The notes under the pieces: model-generated | Database searches by the model: none | Told to the model about the DNA's origin: nothing | What the model saw: only the letters and a program-made list of their open reading frames with translations | Shown here: piece by piece, positions 8,347 through 19,388 of the stretch | Position numbering within the stretch: the stretch's first letter is position 1 | Layout of the letters: every line of letters begins with the position of its first letter | Made by a program: the position numbers and the translations under genes | Virus record (IMG/VR): IMGVR_UViG_3300046799_000011 | Location: 1-64,000 of that record | Strand: one strand, 5' to 3' | Length of the DNA stretch: 64,000 bases | DNA from: a virus

Positions 8347-11300
8347 ATGAGTATATTTCTCGGAATTGCTATTCCCATAGTCCTTGCGGTAATCACTGTG
8401 GTTATCGTTTGGCTTGTGGATGTCAGCAAGAGAGGTTTGTTCTAATGATGACTGCCCCGCATTTCGCTGCAATGGCGGAGATCTTCAATGCGATGTACCG
8501 TGACAGTTATGCGGTAACTGTGGGTGACGTTGCGATTCCTGGTCTGTGTAAGGCTGGGAAAGAGGCGGATTTCGTTAACTTCCGACTTATGGTGAGTGCT
8601 TCGGCAACTTACTTTGAGGAAGATAATCCCAGATTCAATCGGGATAGGTTTATCCGCGCGGTTTATCGTTAATTGTTTGAGCTTTCTACTCGGAATAACG
8701 TAGAGATTGTGTCTTTATAGTCCGAGTGGATTACTCCATCAATTAAGGAGTATAACCATGGCTGTTAAGCTCAACGAGCGTACCGGTTTCACATGTGGCA
8801 AGCGCTCGAACGGTGAACGCTGTGTTCTGTGGTCTGATGACACGTTCGAGTGGTTCGATGAGGGACAGTTCGCATATCTGTTCACTGTCTGATTGACTGA
8901 GCTTTCCGCACAGAATAACGTAAGGGTTGTGCCTTTATAGTCTGTGCGGATTACTCGATCAATGAGGGAGTAGCAAAGTGACTGTGGAAGAGCTTATTAA
9001 ACTTCTCCAGGCAGTTCCTGAATTCATGCAGAAAACGGAAATAGCTGTATTCACCGATAAAGGTGAGCGCAGCGAATTCGCCAGTAGGCAGCTTTACATA
9101 GAGAATGGCAAGTTGACCATTCCAGTACGTAGAGTCAATTAGCGCTAGGTGTCTTGCATCCTGCATACGCTGTGTGTAGGGTGTTGCTCATCTAGAGCAC
9201 TCGAAACTAGGAGTTACTGTGTTCCTTAGTGCCTTTATCGCCGATGAGAAGCTTACTGTTCACAAGAGCGGCTGCTCTCACGTTGTGCGTAACTGGCGTG
9301 AGTTTGGAGCGCCCATTGTCACCAACGCCCAGTCTCAGATGGGTCTCATGCGTCAGGTCAAGAACCTTGGTATCAGGGTTCAGAGTGTCCGTGTGATGCC
9401 GTGTGCTGGTCTTCCTGAGGGTTTCTGGAGTCACACTCCCTCGGGTCAGCCGTTGCGTCTCCTGGACACCGTTGAGGGCGCTCACAGGGCCACTAAGAGG
9501 GTTGAGCGCATAGCGCGTGCTGAGATGACTCACATCATTGACAACATGTCCCCCATGCTGCGAGAGATGTTCGGTCTGTCACGTCAGAGCTAGGTGTCTT
9601 GCATCATTCAAGACTATGTGCTTGAGTGGTGTTGTTCATCTAGAACAGACAGCAACCACTAGGAGAAAAAGTGTCTACTCCGATTGTCCTTACCGTTGAG
9701 AACGTGACTGCTGCACTGCGAGCGGCCGTTGAGGAAAAGGGTGAGGACTACGTTTACATCAATGCGAACGGGGAAATTGCCGGACAGAGTGACAACACTT
9801 TCGGCACAATGTGCAATTACGTGCACAACTTGGGTGAACCTGCCGAATGCCCTGGCTGCATTGTGGGTAATACCCTGAATCGTCTCGGCGTTTCTCTGAT
9901 TACCCTTTCTGGGTATGAGCGGCGCGGGGCACTATCTCTACTGGAAAGTCTGGCGCGTGCAGAGCTTGTCACCTATGAGGATGACTCGCTGGTGTATATC
10001 CTTGCGCGGGCACAGACCAAGCAGGATAACGGTGGTACTTGGGGTGCGGCTCTTGAGTTTGCCCTGTCTTGGGAATAGCCAAGAGATTAAACTTGGCTAT
10101 TCCTTGTTCGCCTAGAGAGGTAATAGTAATGGCACTGGAAAACTACGGCACCATTTGGGTATGTATTAACTGCCTCCATCATCATGCAAATGGTGAATGC
10201 GGAGACTGCCATTCGGACCACGGTCATGATGAAGAGCCGCTAAACGCAATTGAGTGGCCTTTCAGTGTGGCAATGGGGGGTGGTTGGGAAGAGCACAACG
10301 ACGCATGTATAGTATTCGTCATCAATGATCTTAAGCGCCGTTTTCCTGACAGGAATTGGCCGGAAGTTCCGGGCGATTATGAATGCGACTGTGAGTTTGA
10401 TTCTTTCAGCCGTTCTCCATGTGATGGCTGTAATTCCTGGCTTCATGGTGAACGGCACGCTATGACACTGTTCAAGAACAGCGAGGTATGAAATGCTGTA
10501 TTGTCCCAAAAACTGTAAGTGCTCTCATGACATTGATTGCCCTGAGCACACCGAGGCAGAGCAGCACCATGACGCATCCGACCACGTAGAAGAGCGCTAG
10601 ACAGTTTTACTCATTCATTACCTACTGAGCTTGCGGGTAGTGAGTGGGTATGACAGGCTAGAGCCAGTCAACCAGAACAAGAGGGAGTCACAAGATGCGT
10701 AAGCGTACTGAGCTTGAGATCATGGTCGCGGTTGCCAACCACCCCAAGGTGCAGGCGTACCGTAAGGCAGTCCAGATCATGCATTCCCGTATGACTGCCC
10801 TGTACGGCCCTGACTATGCTGTCGTGCAGGCTCCCAAGGACAATTATGACTACGTGGAGGGTCTGTACATGACTCCCCAGCACCAGAACCTCTTTGCCTC
10901 GCTCATGCGTGGTGCTGCTAAGGTTCGGCGTGACGTTCGTAACTCCCTTCTCGCACACTAAGAGGAATCGCAAAATGAAAATCGTAGTGGAAGATCTGGA
11001 TAAGATCATTCGACTTACGGGCACCGAGGATTCATCCGGTTTGCGTGAGGCTCTTGCTTACGTACTGGTAAGGGTATGGGATAGGGGATATAACGACGGT
11101 TGGACTGACGCAAAAGATGACGTAGAGTCTGTATCCGTCAAATGCCCTTACACACAAAGCCACACACGCGACTGGTGCGGTTATTCGGAATGCAGGGAGT
11201 CGTAGTAATGGATAAATTCCACGTTAAGTGTCATTTCGAGAATTCCGATAAGACTGTGGAGTTCTTCGGATTCAGTTTTGAAGAGCTGCAAAAAGTACTT

Positions 11301-11408
11301 CAGGCCAAGACAAAGCAGACACGCTTTGTCAATAAAGACTCTCGCGGAACATTCGTGATTGTCGATATGGCTAAGGTTACCCACATCGAAGCCGTTCCCT
11401 CATACTAA
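8347..11408 (+). CDS. early operon of small hypothetical genes: 8347-8445, 8445-8672, 8758-8892, 8978-9142, 9219-9593, 9671-10078, 10129-10491, 10695-10961, 10975-11205, 11208-11408
   Basis: Tiled co-oriented ORFs, mostly with GGAG/GAGG RBS. Confidence 0.7.
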
Positions 11409-11422
11409 GGAGAAATAGCATA

Positions 11423-12007
11423 ATGATTACTCTCGCCAAGGAAGATGGACCTGCCGATCTTACCGGGGTTACTCACCTCAGTATCGGTGTCTCATGGGAT
11501 CCTACTTCGGGATCTTCTGGTGGTCTTGCGGGTGTTCTTAAGCGTAAGCTCGGAACTGACCTGGACCTGATCGCCATTCTTTGCCAGGGTGGGGAGCCTG
11601 TGAGGCTTGCTGGGCTGGATTCCCTGGATCCTGTTGGCAACGGCGCTATCGTCCACAGTGGGGACAATCAGACCGGTAACGGTGTTGGTGATGACGAGAC
11701 TGTGACTGTTGACTTCTCTCGTGTTCCGCGCAATATCACGAGCGTTGTCTTTGTTGCTGCTGCCCACAAGAAGGGTAGCGCATTCTCTAAGGCACGAAAC
11801 GTCAGTTTCAAGGTCTATGACGCTACGGGAGGTTCTAGTCAGCAGGTGGCCGATATCTGGCCTTCTCTGATGGCTACAGGCAATGCGAATGGCGTTGCTA
11901 AGGCTGTCCGCAACGGTGATTCCTGGTCCCTTGAGGTTATCAACCACATGGGCAAGACCAAGCAGGGTGACGAAATTTCCCTCTTGCGCTTTGCCAAGGG
12001 TCTGTAG
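11423..12007 (+). CDS. terD: TerD/TerZ-family stress protein
   Basis: GVSWD...DLDL...HSGDNQTGNGVGDDETVTVDF. Confidence 0.85.
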   Translation: MITLAKEDGPADLTGVTHLSIGVSWDPTSGSSGGLAGVLKRKLGTDLDLIAILCQGGEPVRLAGLDSLDPVGNGAIVHSGDNQTGNGVGDDETVTVDFSRVPRNITSVVFVAAAHKKGSAFSKARNVSFKVYDATGGSSQQVADIWPSLMATGNANGVAKAVRNGDSWSLEVINHMGKTKQGDEISLLRFAKGL

Positions 12008-12048
12008 TACCTTCTAGACAACGCAGTACACACAGAAAAGAGCTAGAC

Positions 12049-12506
12049 ATGTTCAAGGTCACTGACTCGCACTACGTCGCCACTGTGGGCGTTCTCAAGG
12101 GCAAGGAGAAGGTAGCGTTTGGTCTTACCATTCCGCTAACTAAGCCTGCTGCTGTGGGATATATCAAGGGTCTTCCTGGTGGGCGTATAAACGGGAACTA
12201 CCGAGTCATCAAGCGTACTACTGCCCGTAAGCTCGGTCTGATCTAAGGTTCTTTACTCATCACTATCCATTTCCATTCCATGGATAGCGGTGGGTATGGA
12301 ATCCTAGAAAGGGATCCGTAATGAAATTGCCACGACTTGAAACAACAAGTAATGCCGCTCTTTCTGATCGTATGAGTTCTGTATTCGAGAATGGGTATGG
12401 AAATGAAGGGCCAGTAGCTAAAGGGTGTTGTCTGCTCCTGGCTATTGCTGTAATCCTCGTAATCCTCAGTCCTGTAATAGCAATTGGTATATGGATTGCG
12501 CTCTAG
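12049..12506 (+). CDS. two small ORFs (12049-12246 basic; 12321-12506 membrane)
   Basis: ORF track; C-terminal hydrophobic helix in the second. Confidence 0.6.
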
Positions 12507-12586
12507 TGAGTTTTAATCATTACTCAGAAATGGGTAGTGGTTATGATTTCCTAGAATGGGAGTCACCATTACAAAGGGAGAAAAAA

Positions 12587-12931
12587 GTGAACGGTAAGAC
12601 TGTTGTTGCAAGTCTTCTCGCAATTGTCCTTACCTATGGAGCTGTAGAGGGTGGTATTGCGGCATTCGACGCTACGCATCCTGAGCGCGATGTCACTGTT
12701 ACCGTTACCGATAAGGTCCGTACTGGGGGTGACAATTCAAAGTACCTGATCTTTACGGATCGCGGTACGTTTGAGAATATTGACAGCATGGTCAAGGGTA
12801 AGTACAACTCTTCCGACCTTTACGGTCAGATCAAGGTCAAGCACACCTATACGTTTCATGTCCGGGGTGTTCGCAGTGAGTTCTGGTCTATGTACCCGAA
12901 CGTTATCACTGCCAAGGAGCTTGACAAGTAA
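12587..12931 (+). CDS. membrane-anchored/secreted phage protein (DUF1523-like)
   Basis: N-terminal TM; VTVTDK...KYLIFTD.GTFENIDS...NSSDLYGQI. Confidence 0.65.
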   Translation: MNGKTVVASLLAIVLTYGAVEGGIAAFDATHPERDVTVTVTDKVRTGGDNSKYLIFTDRGTFENIDSMVKGKYNSSDLYGQIKVKHTYTFHVRGVRSEFWSMYPNVITAKELDK

Positions 12932-13002
12932 TATCTAGTGCGCTTATATCATTCTCATCTATTGGTGAGGGTGGTATTGGAATACTAGCGAAGGGCTCAG
13001 TA

Positions 13003-14242
13003 ATGAAATTCCTTGATGATGTTCCGCGAGAAGAGCGCTGTTATGTGGTATTCCGGGGAACGCCCAGTGTTTATTACATAACTGCGGATAACGGAATTGA
13101 CGCGCTTGATGCGGCCCAAGATTTGGCACGTACAAAGACTGAGAATACGGGAGAGAAGTACACAGTAATGTGTATTCCGCAAGACTGTTTGCAATTCTCT
13201 CTTACTGCCGTAAATCACGGTGTTGTATTCCACGCGACAAACAAGCTGGAAGAGGATAGCGAGTAATGTTCGAAAACTGGTATCTGTGCGTGCTGTGCAA
13301 TGACGTTATCGAAAAGCGTCAAGGTATTTGGTGGGATGAATCAAACAATGCGGTTGGATTTGGATTCCATAAGCATATTCCCACTGATCCCGAGCAGTAT
13401 TACTCCCATAAGTATGGTGGTGATATCCGCACCGAGATTCTTTATACCTGGAATCTCACCAGTAATTATGATGACTCTGTAGGCGAGACAGACACATTCG
13501 GGTATTACTCGGTGCTCTATGATTTCCATGCAATTCTGGAAGTCGATTCCGAGGGATTCGTATTCTCTTACCATTATGATTCCCGCGAGGCTACCATTAA
13601 CGCGTGGAATAACAAGGTAGACGATTACTGGGAATGGTCAAAGGAAAACGGGGAATGCCAGTGCGGTTCTGTTTCCTGTGATTACTATGAGGACAATCAA
13701 GACAGGCTCGATAAGGAGCTGGAATACGAACGTAGGGACCTAGACAGCTAGTCCGTTCTCTCGCGTCAAGCCGCTTGACTTGGCTCGGGAGTGTGCACTA
13801 GAGTCGTACCAACAGCACAACAGAGGGAGCGCGCAACATGATGGAGCGTCCTACCGGCTCATTCCTGGAGAATCGAGAGGCTTATTACGCATGGTGGGCT
13901 GAACTGGCCCGTATCGCTAAGAAGCGTTATCACGCTCTGCCTGAGGACAAGGGTATTCCCGTTCCGTATACGGCTTGCCGTACGCGTTACAAATATGTGA
14001 ACGGCGCTGGTGTCTCCGCTAGCTCACGTGTGGTGTCTCACCGCTACGCGGATGAGGGAGACAAGGGCAAGAGCCTGCGACGCGAGATCAAGCGCGTAGA
14101 ACGTGCTCAGTGGCTCTCTGAGTGGCAGGAAGAGCAAGAGAGTCAGGAAGTGTACGACACTGCCGAATGGTTCGCAGCATGGGCGTTTTGGTGGGAGGAT
14201 GACGCAACGTGCGGTAACCCGTACTGTGAAGTGTGCGAGTAA
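13003..14242 (+). CDS. hypothetical genes 13003-13266, 13266-13751 (acidic), 13838-14242
   Basis: Tiled ORFs. Confidence 0.7.
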
Positions 14243-14261
14243 AAGATCTTGAGCTAGTGGC

Positions 14262-14291
14262 TTGACAGGGTAGATGTTGGTTCGCTAACGT
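14262..14291 (+). promoter_or_regulatory. early HrdB-type promoter
   Basis: TTGACA-N18-TAACGT. Confidence 0.6.
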
Positions 14292-14339
14292 CTTCCTTGT
14301 GAGGTTCCTAACCGAGGGACTGAGGGAAAGAGGGCAGTA

Positions 14340-16364
14340 ATGGAACCGAGTGTAGTGGTTAACACAACGACGTATGACACGTTCACTGTTTCCACCATCG
14401 TTACCCGCTCGCATTTCGAGACTCGCATTTTCAGTGAGGATGGCGAGGCTATTCCTGAGGGCATAAAGACTGCTATCAAGGGTCGCCTTACGTGGACAAG
14501 CCAGGACTATGACAACGTCATAGTTGGCCAGGACCGAGAGTCTGTGGAGTCTTACTCCCACTCTGACGCCGAAGATGTGCATACGGGTATGAGTGTCCTG
14601 GTGACCCACTTCCTCAACACGCACACCCGCACAATCACTTACGTTCCGAACAAGTAGTGAGCTTGCATCGTCTGAGACTCTGTGCTTAGATGGTGCTAGC
14701 TTCCTAACAACGGGAAGCATGTACAGGAGGTAAGCAGAATGGCTGCTCGTAAGAAGACTCAGGTTCCGCCGCTGGACATTGCCAAGCTCGGTGAGATTTT
14801 CGCCAAGCTTGTTGAGTTCGGCGCGACTGAGGATTCCCCTGTCACTGTCGGTGAGATGAACGACGAAATGGCGGAAAACACTTTCGACAACCTGAATATC
14901 CTTGCCGACGCTGAGCTTATCGGTATGGGTGAGGGAACGAACGCGGGTAAGCTCTGGGTTGCCATCCCGGATGTCAGTTCCGAGAATGCTGGGGAATTCT
15001 TCAATGAGGCTTTCGCCAACATGTCGGCTGATGTTCTGATGGCACTTGGTAAGCCTGCGGAGGCACCCAAGAAGCTGACTGCCAAGGAACTGGAGTACAA
15101 GGAGCGTACGGAGTACAACGCGCGGGTTGCTGAGTCGCAGGAAGATGGAGCCCAGCACAGGCACCCCATGCCGGACGCTGTGAAGCCTGCTGAGACTCCC
15201 GTAATTGCTGCGGACGGTACGGCCGTTACGGTTCCCGTTGACCCTGAGAACGACCCTAAGGGACCGCGTAGGGAGCTTGACGCAAGCAAGGGTGAGAAGC
15301 TGATCGGTGAGGACGTGATCAAGGTCAAGGCTACGGCCAAGCCTGAGCGACTTCCTGAGATTGATGGTCTCGATCAGTTCCTTGATGACGAGACTGGTGC
15401 AATGGTCTATGAGTCTCGGATTGAGAAGGTTGGTCTCTGGCTTGATGAGCCCGAGAGTGTTCCTGCCCTTCCCGAGGGAGTCAACCCCAACACGTGGAAT
15501 GCCGCTCACACGGCCGCTACTCAGACCGCGCGGGATTGGTACCTCGCACGTGTGAAGACCCAGCAGGAAGAGCACAAGATCAACGAGGGTGCCCCCGCTC
15601 CGTTCTAGTCGAGTGAGTTAGACTCCGGTAGAAATATCGGAGTCTTTCTCTCCCAACTAGAAAGGCTATGAAAATGGCTAAGGTTATTGCTGGTGTAGTC
15701 GCTACGCTGATTCTCTGCATTCTTGTGGGAATCGTGCTGGTTGCATTCGGTAAGTTCCTGCTAGGTCTGGCATTCGTAGTCGGAATGCTGCTTATCACTG
15801 GTCTGGTAATTGCCGGTATCTTCGGTAAGAAGTTTGCGGAATTCTGGAAGTCGTTCTAATAAGTTAGTGCGCTTTAATCAGACTCCCCTTAATTGGGGAG
15901 TTTGGTTATGGTCTACTAAACAGAAAGAGACACAAATGAACGGTGTTCCTGGTCCAATAGTTGTTCTGTTCATCCTCATATTCTGCGGTTTCGGTATGTG
16001 CATGGGTTTGCTTTTTGGGGGTCAGCTAGGAAAGACAGATCAGTTCTCCAAGGACTGTAAGGCTATGGCGCATGGTGCAGTGGACAAGAGCGCTGATAGT
16101 ATCTGTGTCAAGAATGGCAAGATTCTCTTTCACCAGTAAGGTAGAGAAATGCGTGCAGTTGTCATTACCTATATGTGGTGGGGAATGCCGCGAGTAAAGG
16201 TGTTCTCTCACGAATACAAGAGGTTGACTGATGAAAGACTAGTCAAAAAGGTAAAGGGTTGGGCGCGCTGCAATATCTCTAAGCTTTATACCCCGGAGAA
16301 TTGCTCCATTACGTTTTACAGTGACATTCTCGATGTAACTACAGCGGTAAATATTCCGCTGTAA
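14340..16364 (+). CDS. hypothetical genes 14340-14657, 14739-15608 (acidic, 289 aa), 15668-15859 (membrane), 15936-16139 (membrane), 16149-16364
   Basis: Tiled ORFs with RBS. Confidence 0.7.
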
Positions 16365-16365
16365 A

Positions 16366-16407
16366 TAAGAAAGCCTCCATACCAATTAAGGTATGGAGGC
16401 TTTCTTA
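16366..16407. terminator. bidirectional terminator between the convergent early operons
   Basis: taagaaagcctccatacc-aattaa-ggtatggaggctttctta. Confidence 0.8.
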
Positions 16408-16537
16408 TTATGTACTGACTTGACAGGGACACGTCTAGAAGCTCTGTAAGCCTCTCTAACAAGATCCTTTATCGTCTTGACCTCCTAGGTCACCTTGAGG
16501 CTGTGAGGCTCTTAGAACGTCGTTCTGTACGTTCTAG

Positions 16538-17766
16538 CTACCCTCCTGCCCCCCGGTTGAACTCATGGGTATGGATGGCTATCGCTTGAATCTGCTTGCG
16601 CGCGGTTGCCTTGCTCTGTGGATGCTTGCTAAAGGTCTTGTCAGTCCCTTTATGAGCTGCCTTGTATCCTCCGCGTACTTTACGAATTTCGTAGGGCACC
16701 CTAGACTCCCTCTGTATGAGCCTGTAAGAGGCTGGCAGGAGTAGACTGGTCACTTGCTACCGTCTCACCCTTGAAGGCGCACACACCGAGCGCTAGGACC
16801 GTTGTCAACAGGGTAGTAACAGCCATACTGAGATATGTCTTTCTGTCCCATAAACCTTTTGGTTGTGGGGGGATTTGATTTGTCATTTAATTCTCCTGAA
16901 AATGAAAACAAAAAAGCCAATACCCTTAGTATATTGCTACTAAGGGTATTGGCAGTAATACTATGAAGTTCTAGAAAGAGTCAGGGGAATTGAAAGCCTC
17001 CACAGGCTCATCGTAGGTGATGGTAACGAGAGAATCCTTGTCCAGGATGAGACCCTTCTTCTCTCCACCCATCAGTTCAGCAGTAACAACGTAGTCGCCA
17101 TGGTCTTCCGCAGCATCGCTCAGCGCCCAGAAGGTGCGTCCGAGTGAATCCGTGACCAGGTCACCGGTACGGATGTTCGCGGGAGACTGGTTGTTGTACG
17201 TAGTCATTTTGTGCCTTTCTTATATTACTCACTGACTAATTGCCAGCTTTAGCCACACCCGATATTTCTATCGGATATGACTAGAACTGTCAATTCTTGA
17301 TATCGTCCTTGGCAGTGAAACCCACCGCAACAAGACTCCGAAGATCCCAAGACAGGTACACAACAGCCAGAACTGCCAGTAGCCACCAGTGAAATGGGAT
17401 GGCTACTATCAGTAGAGCCACGTCAATTGCAATTTCCGCGTAAAGAGCCTCACGCGAAGCAACCTTAGACACTTTATAGCCTTTCGTTAGTTATGTGTAC
17501 TGCATGTCATAGCGCAGATTATTAAAGTACGCTTGTCCTGTATTTACCGCAATTCGTAGACTGCTCTCATCCAAAAACATGGAGTAGTCACGTTTATTAG
17601 TAGTACTGGCTTGATGGCTTTGTAGGAACCTCAACCGAAACATTTGGTAAAGCTCGTTGGTTGAATTTATACTGCGCTTAGACTTCATCCTATTCTCTAG
17701 CGCTCTTTGTGAAATTCGCCAGTGAGCAACTAGACTACCCTCGGAGTATATCCATAGAGTATACAT
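16538..17766 (-). CDS. small hypothetical genes 16538-16699, 16701-16886, 16971-17207, 17290-17472, 17491-17766
   Basis: Tiled ORFs with RBS; terminator hairpin at 16910-16953. Confidence 0.6.
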
Positions 17767-17829
17767 GCTAGCCCTTTCCGCTAACCATAGCCACCCCCAC
17801 ATTTCTATGGGAATGACTAAAGCTATCGG

Positions 17830-18363
17830 CTAAGCCGTTGCAGTGAAGACATACATTTCATCTGCATAGTTATTCGTAGCGAAATCCCCTCGGATTTCAT
17901 CGTACGACTCTTCCCAGTCGATGCAAATCCAGGAAGGGACGTTAGCCATTTCCTCTGTACCTTCCGCGTGATCCTTGGCGAATTCCGCACCATCACGGTA
18001 TACGCCGTAATACCCTTCCTTGTAGCCATACCCATTGCGAGTACGGGTAAAGGGGGCAGAAGTCCAGCCGAAAAGCTCACCATAAGAGATGACAGCGCCC
18101 GCATTCTCGGGCTCACTCACAAGAGCCTCAAAGACAGCGGAAAACGTCTCAGCGTCTTTGATCTCAGCAAATACACTGTCCCACTTGGTAAAGATGCGCA
18201 CACCGCTGATAGTCCATCCCGCATTCTCCATACGAGTTACCAGCGACTCAACGATAGCGGAATCGTGCGACTCGTCAAGGTCAAAGGAACGCTTACGGAT
18301 ATTCGCGCCCGTTCCTTCCTGCATAGAGAAAGAAAGAAACTTGAATTCAGCACCGTAACCCAT
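17830..18363 (-). CDS. ardA: ArdA-like antirestriction protein
   Basis: Acidic; C-terminal YYGVY.D..EFA...VPSW..IDWE.....I..DF resembles ArdA domain. Confidence 0.6.
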   Translation of the reverse strand: MGYGAEFKFLSFSMQEGTGANIRKRSFDLDESHDSAIVESLVTRMENAGWTISGVRIFTKWDSVFAEIKDAETFSAVFEALVSEPENAGAVISYGELFGWTSAPFTRTRNGYGYKEGYYGVYRDGAEFAKDHAEGTEEMANVPSWICIDWEESYDEIRGDFATNNYADEMYVFTATA

Positions 18364-18443
18364 AGGATTACCCTTCTATTGCTCCCGAACGGTTTAGGGA
18401 GACATAGAAACTCTCTGATTGCCCAGAGAATCCCTAAATCGCA

Positions 18444-19030
18444 CTAATCCCGGTAAGTCAGATCAAACCATGAGCCTATGGGCCCATCATAGTGCCGGAC
18501 ATTGAATGCCCCCACCTTATCGGCGTAAGGCTTTCCGCCAAACCACTTGATCATAACCTTTGCGCCAAACAGCGCAGAGTAGTTATAGATCAAGTCGAGA
18601 AAGAGTTCTTCAGTAACAGCCTCAAAGCTATCACCCTGGAATATCTCAGGAAAGCCTACAGGCTTACCATTTTCGAATTCCTGCATTACCGCAGTAGGCA
18701 CGATTTCCCCTAGAACTTAGAGAGCGTGTACAGGAGCTGCATCAGCCAGCGGTAAACCACCTTAAGGGCTGTTGCGTCAAACAGCCAATCGGGTTCCCCT
18801 CCGCACAAGTTGATGCCCTCGCCAGTCTGGCCACGACTTATGATCGTGTCAACCAGGTTGTCAGTAACGAACTGACCGTGTGCAGTGAAATCGTAGCGCC
18901 GATCGTAGAACGACACAACATGTGTGTGATGGATGGAGTTACCGTTGTCGTCCTTCCGGTCACTGTACACTACGCGGAACGGGATTCCCTGTGATGTGAT
19001 GACATCCACCACAAACTCTACGTGAGGCAC
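18444..19030 (-). CDS. hypothetical genes 18444-18701 and 18710-19030
   Basis: ORF track; GGGAG RBS before 19030. Confidence 0.65.
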
Positions 19031-19074
19031 TGTCTTACTCCCTTCGTCTCCGCTGTGTTGCGGTGACAAGGAGA

Positions 19075-19102
19075 ACTCTACTCCCATGACGCAGGAAGTC
19101 AA
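19075..19102 (-). promoter_or_regulatory. early promoter of the leftward operon
   Basis: TTGACT-N16-TAGAGT; downstream sequence nearly identical to that of the 8109 promoter. Confidence 0.65.
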
Positions 19103-19359
19103 CTCCGCAGCTCAGAGCGCATCTAAGAGCCTCACAGACTGCCCTAGGTCCCCACGTGCTAGAGTCACCTCTCAAGCGCTCAGACAGGCGCACAGAGCTT
19201 AGGAGGGTCAGTGTTGCCAAGGTGCCCGCACTGCGGTTCAGTGAGGCTAGTCCCAAGTGAGACCAAGCCACCTAAGAAGCACAACGGCTCATGTACTGCG
19301 GAATGCCTAGTCAAGGGGAAGCTTTGCCTTAACTGTCGGATGTTCCGGGCGAACTAGTG

Positions 19360-19388
19360 TTGACAGTCTCCGATTGCTAGGATAGAGT
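19360..19388 (+). promoter_or_regulatory. HrdB-type promoter
   Basis: TTGACA-N17-TAGAGT. Confidence 0.7.

Larger units (their letters stand above)
8670..18447. repeat. family of intergenic RNase III-type RNA hairpins: + 8670-8745, 8892-8963, 9145-9195, 9590-9643, 10597-10661, 12243-12307, 12503-12554, 12935-12988, 13748-13801, 14655-14707, 15605-15660, 15864-15919; - 17238-17295, 17778-17829, 18394-18447
   Basis: Shared geometry YTAG-N6-U-[upper stem]-U-N6-CTAR in most copies; G.U pairs on the sense strand. Confidence 0.8.

Noticed and set aside
14088-15575. 495-aa minus-strand ORF and similar long antisense ORFs (e.g. 39182-39919, 45149-45793)
   Set aside because: Shadow frames opposite well-supported genes, with no motifs.
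8670-18447. Hairpin family as a CRISPR array or integron attC sites
   Set aside because: Repeats are not sequence-identical and are separated by whole genes. There are no RYYYAAC/GTTRRRY cores and no integrase in the window, and sense-strand G.U pairing points to RNA function.
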